The position numbers and the translations under genes are program-made. Below are positions 28,903 through 37,992 of a stretch of DNA of 64,000 bases, piece after piece (position 1 is the first letter of the stretch; each line of letters starts with the position of its first letter). This stretch comes from a virus. The notes under the pieces were generated by a model. That model was not told the origin of the DNA, did no database searches, and worked only from the letters and a program-made list of their open reading frames with translations. The DNA lies in the IMG/VR virus record IMGVR_UViG_3300033156_000392, positions 9,254 to 73,253 of that record; one strand, written 5' to 3'.

Positions 28903-29209
28903 TCAGAATCTCTTTCCGTGCTTGTACTCTCTCTTCTTGTTTCTCTCCATCTTCTCCAGAATAGCTTTCTCTATGTCCATCTTCCATGCATGGCAGAAGT
29001 CCAGAATCCGTATGATGCAGTCAGCAAACTCCTCAGCTATTCTCTCTTTCCTGTACAATGGTCTTCTGAACTTCTCCAGAGCCTCTGAGAGCTCTGAGTG
29101 CATCAGAGCTATGCACTCACCAGGGGCTTCTCTCCGATTCCCAGAAACCTTTCTCTACAGCTATTCTGTGTGCCTCCTCCGCAAGCTCTGTGATGCTTTT
29201 GTATGTCAT
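28903..29209 (-). pseudogene. MazG-like NTP pyrophosphohydrolase, frameshifted as sequenced
   Basis: HSELSEALE...EEFADCIIRILD...KHGK; N-terminus MTYKSITELAEEAH...KGFW from ATG 29209 is one base out of frame at the G4 run near 29123-29126. Confidence 0.7.
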
Positions 29210-29296
29210 AAACTCACCTCCTTGAGTGGATAGTGAACATTCTTCGCTTCTTCCCTTTCCCCACCCAGAACCTGACTTTCTTTCCTTTCTCTCTCC

Positions 29297-29566
29297 TCAC
29301 TTCTTCACCTTCTTTATTATTTCTCTGAAGAGAGTGGAGTTGTCAAGCAGGTACTCAGACCCTTTCTCGTCGACAAGTACGGTCCACTTTATTCCTATGT
29401 ACTTTATTCTCCCTCTCACTCCCATAGCTTCTATGACGTCTCCCGGGAGGAGCAAAGGATGCATCATCAGTATTAAGCCAGTTAGGAAGTCCACTATTAC
29501 GTCTTTCAGGACGTACAGGAGAGCTCCAGCAAGAGCGAGAGCCAAGACGTCGCTCAAGAGAGTCAC
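29297..29566 (-). CDS. Minimal MscS-family mechanosensitive channel-like protein
   Basis: LKDVIVDFLTG...GDVIE..G..G.I..IG...T.L....G.....N pattern. Confidence 0.7.
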   Translation of the reverse strand: MTLLSDVLALALAGALLYVLKDVIVDFLTGLILMMHPLLLPGDVIEAMGVRGRIKYIGIKWTVLVDEKGSEYLLDNSTLFREIIKKVKK

Positions 29567-29577
29567 CTCTTGGAGAG

Positions 29578-29707
29578 TGGAGATCGGTGAAAGGAAAAGT
29601 GACTGAGGCTCATAGAGACGGAATCACCTCCAATGTCTGTGCCGTCTCTCACCAAAGGGTGGTGATGTGAAACGGTAACCCACGCATTTACCATCCACCG
29701 ACCTCCA
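29578..29707 (-). ncRNA. Candidate structured RNA (multi-stem junction)
   Basis: 14-bp closing stem with 2 G-U pairs, three internal hairpins; TATA TTTTAAGA at 29735-29728 predicts a start at the stem's 5' end. Confidence 0.55.
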
Positions 29708-29799
29708 GAGAATGTATGTCTTTCCTCTCTTAAAAGGTTACTGTTGTTTATAAACTCTGAGTAGTTACTCTTTTATTTCCATGAAAAGAGTATAATCTG

Positions 29800-29940
29800 A
29801 TGGAAGAGAAAATATGCTACATATGGCGGTGTCCGAGAAGGGCTGTAGCTTCTGTAAGAGGTATCTATCTCTGTGAGGAGCACCTAAAGGAGCTCTCTGA
29901 GGGCTTCAGAACGGTAGAGCCTAAGAAGAAGGGAAAGTAG
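29800..29940 (+). CDS. 46-aa Zn-finger microprotein (not in ORF track)
   Basis: MEEKICYIWRCPRRA...YLCEEH. Confidence 0.5.
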   Translation: MEEKICYIWRCPRRAVASVRGIYLCEEHLKELSEGFRTVEPKKKGK

Positions 29941-30020
29941 CTTCCTGTGCCTGTAGCTCCAGACCAGTCCTCTTGGAGTGAGTATACTTCTCAGCATCCC
30001 TCTGAACTCAGCAGTAGTCC

Positions 30021-30317
30021 TTATAAGTCTTTTCCCTTCGTCTCTACGTCTGTAAGCTGTAGCTGTTGCGGTTTCTTCTTCTGCTCCATGAGGAAGGAGA
30101 AGAGGTTCCTCAAGTCTTCCTTGTCAACTGGCTCCATCGTCACTTTCAGGGCTCCGAGGAGCTTTGTCACGTACGCCACTCCCGCTGGGCACTGCTTTCT
30201 GAGTGTTTCTATCTCTTCTATGCTCTCTTTCTTAAGAGGGAAGTATATAAGGAATCTGTTCTTGTCGTTCTTCAGTGTTATCTCCCAGTCTATAATTTCC
30301 TTCAGCTTCTCCTTCAA
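30021..30317 (-). CDS. Hypothetical protein
   Basis: GAGGTGA RBS; operon context. Confidence 0.55.
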   Translation of the reverse strand: MKEKLKEIIDWEITLKNDKNRFLIYFPLKKESIEEIETLRKQCPAGVAYVTKLLGALKVTMEPVDKEDLRNLFSFLMEQKKKPQQLQLTDVETKGKDL

Positions 30318-30784
30318 GTGGAATCACCTCCCAGTCTTGCTATCACCAAGCTGTTCACGGATTCTTGGAGTGAGAGAGTTTCTTCTTCCACCCTGAAGTA
30401 GAAGGGTGGGTTCCATTTTTCCATGCTCTCGTATCTGAAGGAGTAGACCATCTGCCACGCCCCTCTGGCTACTCCGTATAGGAGAAGATACTTCGGGCCT
30501 GGACTCTTCAGTGAGAGGAGCTTCATCAGTATCTCTGAGAAAGTGGAGAGGTCCTCTGGGACGGTGTGCAGAGGAATCTCTATCTTGAACTCACTGGAGG
30601 TATAGTTCTTGTTAGCTATCTTGAGAACTACGGGGAGAGTTATGACGTCTTCGTAGCTCTTCATCTCTTCCTTTCTGACGAAGTCTTTCTTGTCCCTGCT
30701 GTAGAGAGCCACTCCCTGTAGCATCTGCTTTCTCACTTTCTCTCCTCCATCCATCTCTTGAGATCGTACTTGATGTCTCCACAC
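30314..30784 (-). CDS. Hypothetical protein; true start probably internal
   Basis: Operon context. Confidence 0.5.
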   Translation of the reverse strand: MWRHQVRSQEMDGGEKVRKQMLQGVALYSRDKKDFVRKEEMKSYEDVITLPVVLKIANKNYTSSEFKIEIPLHTVPEDLSTFSEILMKLLSLKSPGPKYLLLYGVARGAWQMVYSFRYESMEKWNPPFYFRVEEETLSLQESVNSLVIARLGGDST

Positions 30785-30937
30785 TTCACACAGTGGAAGT
30801 ATCCTATGCTCTCCATTGGCAGATAGTCATGCTGGCACATGAGTCTACTTTTTCTGTAGCTGAGAACGCTCTCAACCTCTCTCTGACACTCCGTACACAG
30901 ACTGTACAGACTGCAGCTCCCTCTCCTTCCACACCCG

Positions 30938-31219
30938 TCACACTCTTCCGTCATCTCTCTTCTCCTCCTCTTTTTTCTTCTCTCTTCTCACCTTCTCGAC
31001 CTCCTCTGGGAAGAGCTCTGCGAGTACTCCCTGTATCGAGACTGGCTGGCCACACTTGTCACACTCCAGAGACATGGCCATGCTCTCTCCAAGCTTGTAT
31101 CCCACGGCCTTGACTCTCTTTGATCCACATCTCTTGCACTTGTACACCCTTCTCTCTCCGTGTCTGAAGTCCACCAGCTTGAGCTTCTCTTTCGGTACGT
31201 TCAATATCACCATACACAT
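30938..31219 (-). CDS. Zn-ribbon protein
   Basis: CKRC...CDKC; GGAGGTGA RBS. Confidence 0.6.
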   Translation of the reverse strand: MCMVILNVPKEKLKLVDFRHGERRVYKCKRCGSKRVKAVGYKLGESMAMSLECDKCGQPVSIQGVLAELFPEEVEKVRREKKKEEEKRDDGRV

Positions 31220-31229
31220 TCACCTCCTT

Positions 31230-32330
31230 TCACTCCTCACTCTCGAAGACCATAGGAATTTCTATGTTCAGCATAGTTTCTCCCTCCTCTTCCTCCTCTA
31301 TAGTCTCCTCATCCAAGTCGTCTAAAGAAATTGTTTTTTTATCTTCTCTCTCCCTTCTGTCTCCGAGTACGGCAATCTCGTACGAAGTCCATTTCTGCTC
31401 AGCCATAAATCTTCTCAGCTTGAAGACGAAGACAACGGGAATAGGAAGGAGAGAGTATGCTCCGAGAAAGGGTAGAAGGACGTAGATGAATCCTGATATA
31501 AGAGTTCCGTAGAAGATTGCTGATATGAAGGCGTAGGGAAGCTCCTTTAGAAGTATCTCGAACATCTGGAGAGGCGTCTTCTTCTTGACTACTTTCTTCC
31601 ATCCAACGACGTCGTACTCCTCGTCTCCCTTTTTGAGAGTCCCTATGCTCTCCTCTCTCACCTCCGTCAGGTAGTTTCTCTCCGCCATCCCTGTCTTCAA
31701 CCACTTCACGTCTCCGGTCTTGTTTATGACCATTGAGTACTGGTAGAGCTCTCTGTTCAGGAGCTTGTTCTGATCTATTCTGGCCAGTGTCTGTATGGCT
31801 CTCTCTCCGGCGTACTGCTTCAGAAAGTCTCTGTCATACTTGTTGTCTGGACAGCTCTTGCAGACTATGAAGTCGAAGTTGGTTCTCATCTCTACTGGTA
31901 ATCCATGAAATCTATGTAATCCCATTATAGTGAGAATGTATCCATTAGTCCTATTACCTAATTCTCTGAATTCATGTCTTATTCTGAAGAACTTGGCCAA
32001 GGCTTCCTTCTCCTGTGGGACGAGAGTGACGTCGTCCACGAAGACTATCTGGATGGGTTTCTCGTTCAGTGCTCCGTAGCACAGATCGAGTCTTCCAGCC
32101 TTTATCTCGAGAGCGTTGACGTTCTTCTCTCCGTATATCTTGCATGCTTCCTCCACCAGCTTCCTAACTAGCTCCGACTTTCCAGCTCCTTGTCCACCGT
32201 AGAGAATGACGTTTCTCCAAATTATGTTGTTGGGCTTGTACGGGAGATCGTCTCTTACTGGTATCACCACTTTGTTGTAAGGGGGAAATATCTCTCTCAG
32301 AATCTCTCTGTTTCTCGGCTTAGGAGGCAC
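31230..32330 (-). CDS. P-loop ATPase (FtsK/HerA/A32-like) with C-terminal TM helices
   Basis: Walker A GGQGAGKS, Walker B IVFVDD, LP.EMRTNFD Arg-finger-like segment; two hydrophobic helices; acidic tail. Confidence 0.7.
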   Translation of the reverse strand: MPPKPRNREILREIFPPYNKVVIPVRDDLPYKPNNIIWRNVILYGGQGAGKSELVRKLVEEACKIYGEKNVNALEIKAGRLDLCYGALNEKPIQIVFVDDVTLVPQEKEALAKFFRIRHEFRELGNRTNGYILTIMGLHRFHGLPVEMRTNFDFIVCKSCPDNKYDRDFLKQYAGERAIQTLARIDQNKLLNRELYQYSMVINKTGDVKWLKTGMAERNYLTEVREESIGTLKKGDEEYDVVGWKKVVKKKTPLQMFEILLKELPYAFISAIFYGTLISGFIYVLLPFLGAYSLLPIPVVFVFKLRRFMAEQKWTSYEIAVLGDRREREDKKTISLDDLDEETIEEEEEGETMLNIEIPMVFESEE

Positions 32331-32806
32331 CTCAAGTCACCCACAACTCTTTGTCGTCCCTCTCTATCTCCAAGATGAGGGACTTTATTTTTGTTCTCCG
32401 TCCTTTCTTGTCGACAGCCTCCACTCTCTTTATTTCTCCGAGGCTGGAGAGAGAAGTCTCTTGGAGAAGCTCCTTAAGCTCTCTCTCAGTGAGGACGGTC
32501 TTCATCTCACCACATGTTTCACTCTTCCTTCCAGATTTATAAACCTTCACACCATCCACTCTCCGGGAGTCCCTATTTCTCTCCATTTCTTCTTGAGTGA
32601 CCGTGCCTTTTCCACGGCCTCTTTCTCCTCCCCGAAGACGTGTCTCTCCTCGTATCTGGCTACCCCTTTCTCGGTCAGACCAGTGGCAACGAGAGTGACT
32701 ATGCTTCTCTCACCGAACTTCTCTCTCTCTTTCTCGACGTATATTCTGTAGTGTATACTTTCTGGAAACGCCTTGAAGAGGAAGTCGTCTTCCACGTCAA
32801 GAGCCT

Positions 32807-32827
32807 CTAAAATAACTGTTATTTTAG
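32807..32827. repeat. 21-bp perfect palindrome
   Basis: CTAAAATAAC-T-GTTATTTTAG; contains the stop codon of 32819..33040. Confidence 0.9.
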
Positions 32828-33036
32828 CACCTCCTTCTTTCTCTTTCTCACGTGTATCACCAGTGTTTTCTTCTCTCTGTCGACTACTATTCTCCCCTCA
32901 AGATCGTCTTCCTTCTTGAATCCGAGCTGTCTCAAGTAGAACCAAGCTATGGGGAAGATTCTTGACGCCTTCACTCTCACGAACTTCTTCCACTGCTTCT
33001 CTTCATATTTGTTTGTGGAGTCTGTATCCATTCCTA

Positions 33037-33387
33037 TCACGACCCAGACTTAACTACTCCGAGTATTCCCAAGTTGAGGATGACGCCAGCTATGAAGGCG
33101 AAGGCGAAGAGAACTGCCGTGAGATTGGTAGCCCATATGCCAGTGAGAGAGAAGACAAAAGGCTCCGCTACCTTCCAAGCGACTAAGAGCTGTAGGAGAA
33201 CTCCTATGAGAGGGATTAGAGCAAGCAAGACCGTCAAGCTCAAGAAGAAGCTGTAGAGAAGGGTTGCGAGAAAGCCCGAGACTCCTCCGTATACGAAGTA
33301 TCCAAGGGAGCCGAGAACTATCCATATTGGTGTGGCTTCCCAACTCTCCCATATTTTTTTCACTTTTGTCCACTCTCCTACGTTCAT
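33037..33387 (-). CDS. Multi-pass membrane protein
   Basis: Largely hydrophobic; TATA ~23 nt upstream of ATG. Confidence 0.65.
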   Translation of the reverse strand: MNVGEWTKVKKIWESWEATPIWIVLGSLGYFVYGGVSGFLATLLYSFFLSLTVLLALIPLIGVLLQLLVAWKVAEPFVFSLTGIWATNLTAVLFAFAFIAGVILNLGILGVVKSGS

Positions 33388-33408
33388 CAGACACCTATCG
33401 TCTTCTTG

Positions 33409-33456
33409 GTTTATAAACCTATTCTTTGTTTATAAACTTCCGTACTTCTTTTATAC
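33409..33456. promoter_or_regulatory. Bidirectional GTTTATAAAC-centred promoter
   Basis: GTTTATAAAC 33428-33437 with TTTATAAA 10 nt to the left and TTTTATAC 11 nt to the right. Confidence 0.65.
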
Positions 33457-33473
33457 GAGAAGCTGGATGCGAA

Positions 33474-33614
33474 GTGACCTTCTTGTAACGTGTGCGGGAG
33501 GAAGGATGAGAGAGATGGTGAGGAGAGGTCTCCAGCACTCTCTCCTGCACTGTATGAAAGCCGTGTGGAGCCTCTCCTTACCCTTCTTTCTCTCCCAGCT
33601 GGCATGTATGTCAC
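33474..33614 (+). ncRNA. Candidate structured RNA (long hairpin)
   Basis: 33517-33534 pairs with 33566-33582 (17 bp, one G-U, one bulge); GTGAC/GTCAC closing pair; TATA at 33449. Confidence 0.45.
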
Positions 33615-33642
33615 CCTCTCTCACCTCTACTCAGAGGCGTTC

Positions 33643-34011
33643 TCAGTAGTATTCCTTACCGTCTCCGCTCTGGTCGGCTATGTCCTGTGGCGTAAGGCCG
33701 TAGAATCTCACCAAGTCTCTGAGAACGTGTACCTTTGCCTCGTCTCTGATTAGCTGTTCCACTGGCAGGGTGAAGAAGCCCATGAATATTGATCTCGCCA
33801 GCACGTACTTCTTTCTCTCGTCGATGTTCATCTTCTTTATTCTGTCCAGCACTCTGAACAGCTTGTGTACGAACTCTGAGCAGGCTTTTCCTGTTTCATC
33901 GACTAGCTTCCTGATGTCGTCCCTGTCCTTCTCCTCCACTTTCAGGTCGTTCAGAACCAAGTCCAGAGGGTCTACTCTCTCCTCTGTCTTCTTTTCCTCC
34001 ACTTCTGTCAC
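33643..34011 (-). CDS. Hypothetical protein
   Basis: GGAGGTGA RBS. Confidence 0.6.
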   Translation of the reverse strand: MTEVEEKKTEERVDPLDLVLNDLKVEEKDRDDIRKLVDETGKACSEFVHKLFRVLDRIKKMNIDERKKYVLARSIFMGFFTLPVEQLIRDEAKVHVLRDLVRFYGLTPQDIADQSGDGKEYY

Positions 34012-34181
34012 TTTCTCTCACCTCCTTTTTCTTTCTCCTTCTCAAGACTTTCTTGAGACAGTCCTCGTGGTAGATGCCCACTATTCTCATTGGATTGTAT
34101 CTGTTTCTTGAGAAGGTTGCCTGAACGAGAGCGTATCCTCTCTCCGTCTTCTCACCACAGACGGTGCAGAGGAGATTGCTC

Positions 34182-34520
34182 TCAGACTTCACTTCTCTCT
34201 TTCTTGACATCCATCAACCACCTCCTTATTCTGTTGTGCTCTCTTGACAGATTGAGAAGTGAGAGTGCCGCTCTTTCACTCTTCCTCTCCACCATCATCA
34301 TTATCTTGTCCAGATACTCTTTATACGCTTTCACGACGTTCTCCAGGATTTCCTCAGTAGAGCTTCCCTCAGTTTCTATCCGCACCGGAGGCACACTCTC
34401 CAGTCCAAGAGTCTGCATATATCTCGGCTCTGGATACCATATCGAGATGTATTTCTTGAGTGTACGAGCTATCTCTTTCACTTCTTCTCCAAGCTCTTTG
34501 AGACTCTCTCTTTTTTTCAT
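34182..34520 (-). CDS. Hypothetical protein
   Basis: ATGA overlap, RBS. Confidence 0.55.
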   Translation of the reverse strand: MKKRESLKELGEEVKEIARTLKKYISIWYPEPRYMQTLGLESVPPVRIETEGSSTEEILENVVKAYKEYLDKIMMMVERKSERAALSLLNLSREHNRIRRWLMDVKKERSEV

Positions 34521-34747
34521 TCTTCCTCCTCCCAGATTCTTCTGATGGTCGTGACCATGTACTTCAAGAGAGCCTTTGCCGGATTCTTTCTGACCTCGTC
34601 CTCGTTGACGTCCGCTAGAAGCTCTCCGAGAGTGTAGAGAGACTCTGCCTGATCGGAGGCTCTGACTATGTCTCTCTCTGAAAGACCTCCATTGAAAGCC
34701 TCCACTGCCTCTCTCACTAGGTCTAGAACTAGCTCTTCTATCTCCAT
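34517..34747 (-). CDS. Hypothetical protein
   Basis: Operon context. Confidence 0.55.
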   Translation of the reverse strand: MEIEELVLDLVREAVEAFNGGLSERDIVRASDQAESLYTLGELLADVNEDEVRKNPAKALLKYMVTTIRRIWEEEE

Positions 34748-34788
34748 CTCTCTCTCTTTCCTCCTCTCTCTTTGTTACTCTTCATGGC

Positions 34789-35562
34789 TCACTCCGTCTT
34801 CGGTAGGAGAAGGTCGAGAGCCACCGTCTCCAGAATTCTCTCTGCCAGTAGGTCCAGCTTCTTCTGCTTGTGTATCTCTGACTTGTACTTTCTACTGGTT
34901 ATGGCTGAAACTATCCTCTGGAAGCAGTCCCAGACAGTCATGTCCTCTATTTCCTTCTTTTGATGGTCTACGGCTATTCTCTGCTCTATTTTCTCTTTAA
35001 GTCTCTCTCCAGCCTTTATTCTCTGAAGAATGGCTGTATACTCCTCGTAATCAAGTTTTCTCTGTGCTAGCTTCTCCACTATCGGTTTCCAGAGCTCTAC
35101 GACCTTGTTTACCACCTTGAAGTAGTCCTGTACAGCGACGTCTATCTTTCCTCTGTGGGTCTTTCTGAAGGGTCTGGTGGCGGCCTTTGGGAGCTTGTAG
35201 TGGAAGCCTGTTACTCTGTGCACGAAGTCTATTTTGAGAGCGTTCTTGCCGTCAGCGGTGTTCATGACCTTTATCCCGACGTCGCTCTCCAGTGGGTACA
35301 CCGTCATCTGCCCTCTTCCTTCCCAATATATCACTCTCCCCTCGATCTCCTCCGGAAGGTTCTTGAGTGCCTCTCTGTAGAGATCTCTGAACTGCACCAG
35401 CTTGTAGTACTTCGAGACCACCGATATGGCTTTCTTCTTCCCTTTCTCTCTTATGGCTCTGAGCTCCTTCTGCCTCTCCCAGCTTCCGTTGTCGTCTATG
35501 GCTATGTCCGTCATCTCAAGCTCCGGTAGCTCTGCAACTCTCTCCAGTAGCTCTTTCTTCAC
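34789..35562 (-). CDS. DUF932-like protein
   Basis: SVVSKYYKLVQ, N..DG...L and H.G motifs. Confidence 0.6.
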   Translation of the reverse strand: MKKELLERVAELPELEMTDIAIDDNGSWERQKELRAIREKGKKKAISVVSKYYKLVQFRDLYREALKNLPEEIEGRVIYWEGRGQMTVYPLESDVGIKVMNTADGKNALKIDFVHRVTGFHYKLPKAATRPFRKTHRGKIDVAVQDYFKVVNKVVELWKPIVEKLAQRKLDYEEYTAILQRIKAGERLKEKIEQRIAVDHQKKEIEDMTVWDCFQRIVSAITSRKYKSEIHKQKKLDLLAERILETVALDLLLPKTE

Positions 35563-35575
35563 TTTCTACCACCTC

Positions 35576-36226
35576 CTAATTTAATAGTTTCTTTAGCTCA
35601 TCTTTAGGGATGAGAGCAATCTTGTCTGAGAACTTCTTCTTACTCTTCAGGATGAAGGCCTCTCCCTTCCTCAAGACACGTCTGTACTCTCCGAGAAGCT
35701 TCTTTCTCCTCTCTACAGCCCTATCGAAGTCCAGCAGGATGTTGAGTATCTTTCTATCACTAAGGTCTTCTATGTCCCTTCCACAATTCAGAGACCAGTA
35801 GAACTTTTGTACTTTCTTCATAATCTTTATCCCTTCCAATATCACGTCACCGAACTCCTCCAGTCCTTTCTCTCTGAGCCCGAAGAAGAACGTGTCTGGA
35901 AGTCCTTCTGAGAGAACATCTATCCTCTGGACGGTCCGGTACTTGTATATTCCACCACGTCTCAGAGTGTACTCTGAGTAGATGGATATTCTATTCTCCC
36001 AAGCAATGGCAGAGGCTATGAGATGTACAGTTTCTTCCATTCTCTCCATAAGGTCTCTGAGAACGGCTGGACTGATCTCTTTCTCTATCTCTTTCAGTGT
36101 CACCACTTTCTCTCTCCTCTCCGATACCAGCCTCTTGTACTCCTTCTCTTTGAAGAGGTTCACACGTTTCTGGAGGAGGCTTAGAGCCTTCAGCCTCTTC
36201 TTGAGCTCTTGGTCAATCATCCTCAT
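35576..36226 (-). CDS. Array paralogue 8 (coiled-coil family)
   Basis: DQELKKRLKAL...MEETVHLIASAI...RRGGIY...KKFSDKIAL. Confidence 0.75.
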   Translation of the reverse strand: MRMIDQELKKRLKALSLLQKRVNLFKEKEYKRLVSERREKVVTLKEIEKEISPAVLRDLMERMEETVHLIASAIAWENRISIYSEYTLRRGGIYKYRTVQRIDVLSEGLPDTFFFGLREKGLEEFGDVILEGIKIMKKVQKFYWSLNCGRDIEDLSDRKILNILLDFDRAVERRKKLLGEYRRVLRKGEAFILKSKKKFSDKIALIPKDELKKLLN

Positions 36227-36863
36227 CTCTCCCAAGTGAGTTCAGAGCTATCTCTGTTGAGAACTTATCGATGATCTCCTCTCTCAGCTCGTCTATCTTC
36301 TGTTTCAGAGGGAGTGTTCGTCTGTCTATCTTTCTGAGCTCTCTGAGCAGCTTCTCCCCTTCTATGAGCGTTTCAAGAGTGTTGTCGAGTGTGTCAACCT
36401 TGAAGTAGATAGAGTCCTTCCATACCTTCTTGAAGAGCGTGTCCACGTGCTTTCTGAGCTTGAGAGAGTATCTGAGAAGCTCTTTCATCCTCTTCATCTT
36501 CGTCTTTCTGAGCAGCTCTCGCAAATCTTCTTCATCTATTACGAGAAGATGTACTCTCTCTGGAGAGTCAGACCAGAATATCCCTTCTCTCGGGACGTAT
36601 GTGATAGCGTAGTCATCTAACTCCACTTTCACTTTCTCCGTGACCATAGCACCAGCCACTCTGTGTATCAGACCTTCTATGGCGTCTGGAAGAGGTGTAA
36701 CTCTTTCCATCAGCTTCCTCCTGAGTGCAACCAGTTCATCAAGGAGCTCTCTCTTCTCCTCTTTCATTCTCTTCTTCTCGTCCTCTACGTACTTCTGGAA
36801 CTCCTTCTCAAGCCTCTGGAGAGTCTTGACTCTCCTCTGTAAATTCCTGTCCGTTTCTCCCAC
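36213..36863 (-). CDS. Array paralogue 7
   Basis: DRNLQRRVKTL...IEGLIHRVAGAM...VPREGIF...DKFSTEIALNSL. Confidence 0.75.
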   Translation of the reverse strand: MGETDRNLQRRVKTLQRLEKEFQKYVEDEKKRMKEEKRELLDELVALRRKLMERVTPLPDAIEGLIHRVAGAMVTEKVKVELDDYAITYVPREGIFWSDSPERVHLLVIDEEDLRELLRKTKMKRMKELLRYSLKLRKHVDTLFKKVWKDSIYFKVDTLDNTLETLIEGEKLLRELRKIDRRTLPLKQKIDELREEIIDKFSTEIALNSLGRDEDD

Positions 36864-36870
36864 CTCTCTA

Positions 36871-37125
36871 TCAGAGTACGTCGGGGTACCTCTCCAGGAG
36901 GTACGATGCTGGGTATGGTCTCCCGTCGACTTTCTTCCCGTCTCTCAGGAGTATTATCACAGCTATTTCGTTGACGTTGTCCAAGAGTATGACGTCACTG
37001 GCCAGCTCTGAGGCAATGTTCTCAAAGACCTCCTCTCTAAGCTCTGCACCATATCTTTCCAACATTCTCTGGTCCACTCTCATCTCGGTTAGGATGCCCA
37101 TTCGCAGGCCTTCTATCTCTCTCAC
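36871..37125 (-). CDS. Hypothetical protein interrupting the array
   Basis: No array motifs. Confidence 0.5.
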   Translation of the reverse strand: MREIEGLRMGILTEMRVDQRMLERYGAELREEVFENIASELASDVILLDNVNEIAVIILLRDGKKVDGRPYPASYLLERYPDVL

Positions 37126-37296
37126 TCACTCTACCTCTGTGGTCCATAAATAGATGCAAGCGTTTCCACGTTCCATTTCTTCTCTGTACCCACGTTTGAG
37201 TTTCTTTCTCTTTTTCTCTGCATCCTTCCTTCTCTTGAATACATAGACCTCTTCAACGAGCCCTCTCCACTCCAGAATTACTGCGTACACTTTCAA
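37126..37296 (-). CDS. 56-aa hypothetical protein (not in ORF track)
   Basis: GGAGGTGA RBS, TTG start, MKVYAVILEW...EVYVFKRRKDAE. Confidence 0.55.
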   Translation of the reverse strand: MKVYAVILEWRGLVEEVYVFKRRKDAEKKRKKLKRGYREEMERGNACIYLWTTEVE

Positions 37297-37991
37297 ACTA
37301 TCACCTCCTTTTTTTCTCGTTCTCGTCTTGAAGGAAGAAGAGCCAAGATGTGAGAGAATTTCTCCAAGCTCCTCCTGATGAACTCGTCCGCCTCTCTAAT
37401 AGCTTTCTTCCCTTTCTCCCTCCTTTTCAGCAGCTTCTCTCTCAGTTCATCATAGTGTATCAGGATGTCTACTATTCGGTCCTCTCCGAGGTCCACTCCA
37501 AGAGTCGTTAAGTCCAAATTCTCCAAGGGAGCGAAACGTTCGTGTAAGGAAGTGTAACGTGCTAGCCCCTTCAGCTTCCTTGCTATCTTTCTTCCTCTCT
37601 TGATGCATTGACCATACTGTATCAGGAGTTCGTCGTCCACAGTCCCAAGAAGGTACAGCTCTGGAAACTCTCTCTCGTCGGAGAGAATGTCCACTGCGTA
37701 ACGTGCTCCGTACCGATATATCCCATCTTTTCTTATACTGTAGCTCCTGCCGAGAATGACTTTGCCCTTCACTAAGAAAATGGCAGAAGCTATGACGTCC
37801 ATCGTCTCTTCCATCTCCTCCAGCTTCTCTGCAAACAGAGTCGTTTCACTCTCTCTGTAAAGAGCTCTGAGAGCTCTCAGGTCTTCTCTTCTCTCTCTGA
37901 TGATCCGTTTGTGCTCCCTCTCGATCATTCTCTCCACTCTCCTCCGGAGCTTTTCAAGAGCCTCTACTCGCTTCTTCAGCTCTCTGTCCAT
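37293..37991 (-). CDS. Array paralogue 6
   Basis: MDRELKKRVEAL...MEETMDVIASAI...RKDGIY...EKFSHILAL. Confidence 0.75.
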   Translation of the reverse strand: MDRELKKRVEALEKLRRRVERMIEREHKRIIRERREDLRALRALYRESETTLFAEKLEEMEETMDVIASAIFLVKGKVILGRSYSIRKDGIYRYGARYAVDILSDEREFPELYLLGTVDDELLIQYGQCIKRGRKIARKLKGLARYTSLHERFAPLENLDLTTLGVDLGEDRIVDILIHYDELREKLLKRREKGKKAIREADEFIRRSLEKFSHILALLPSRREREKKEVIV

Positions 37992-37992
37992 G

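Noticed and set aside
29578-29707. tRNA interpretation of the multi-stem RNA
   Set aside because: Too long, 14-bp closing stem, no T-loop GTTC or D-loop consensus
32535-32544. ATTTATAAAC as a member of the N10-TATA class
   Set aside because: No second box 10 nt away; may be a plain TATA box or coding sequence
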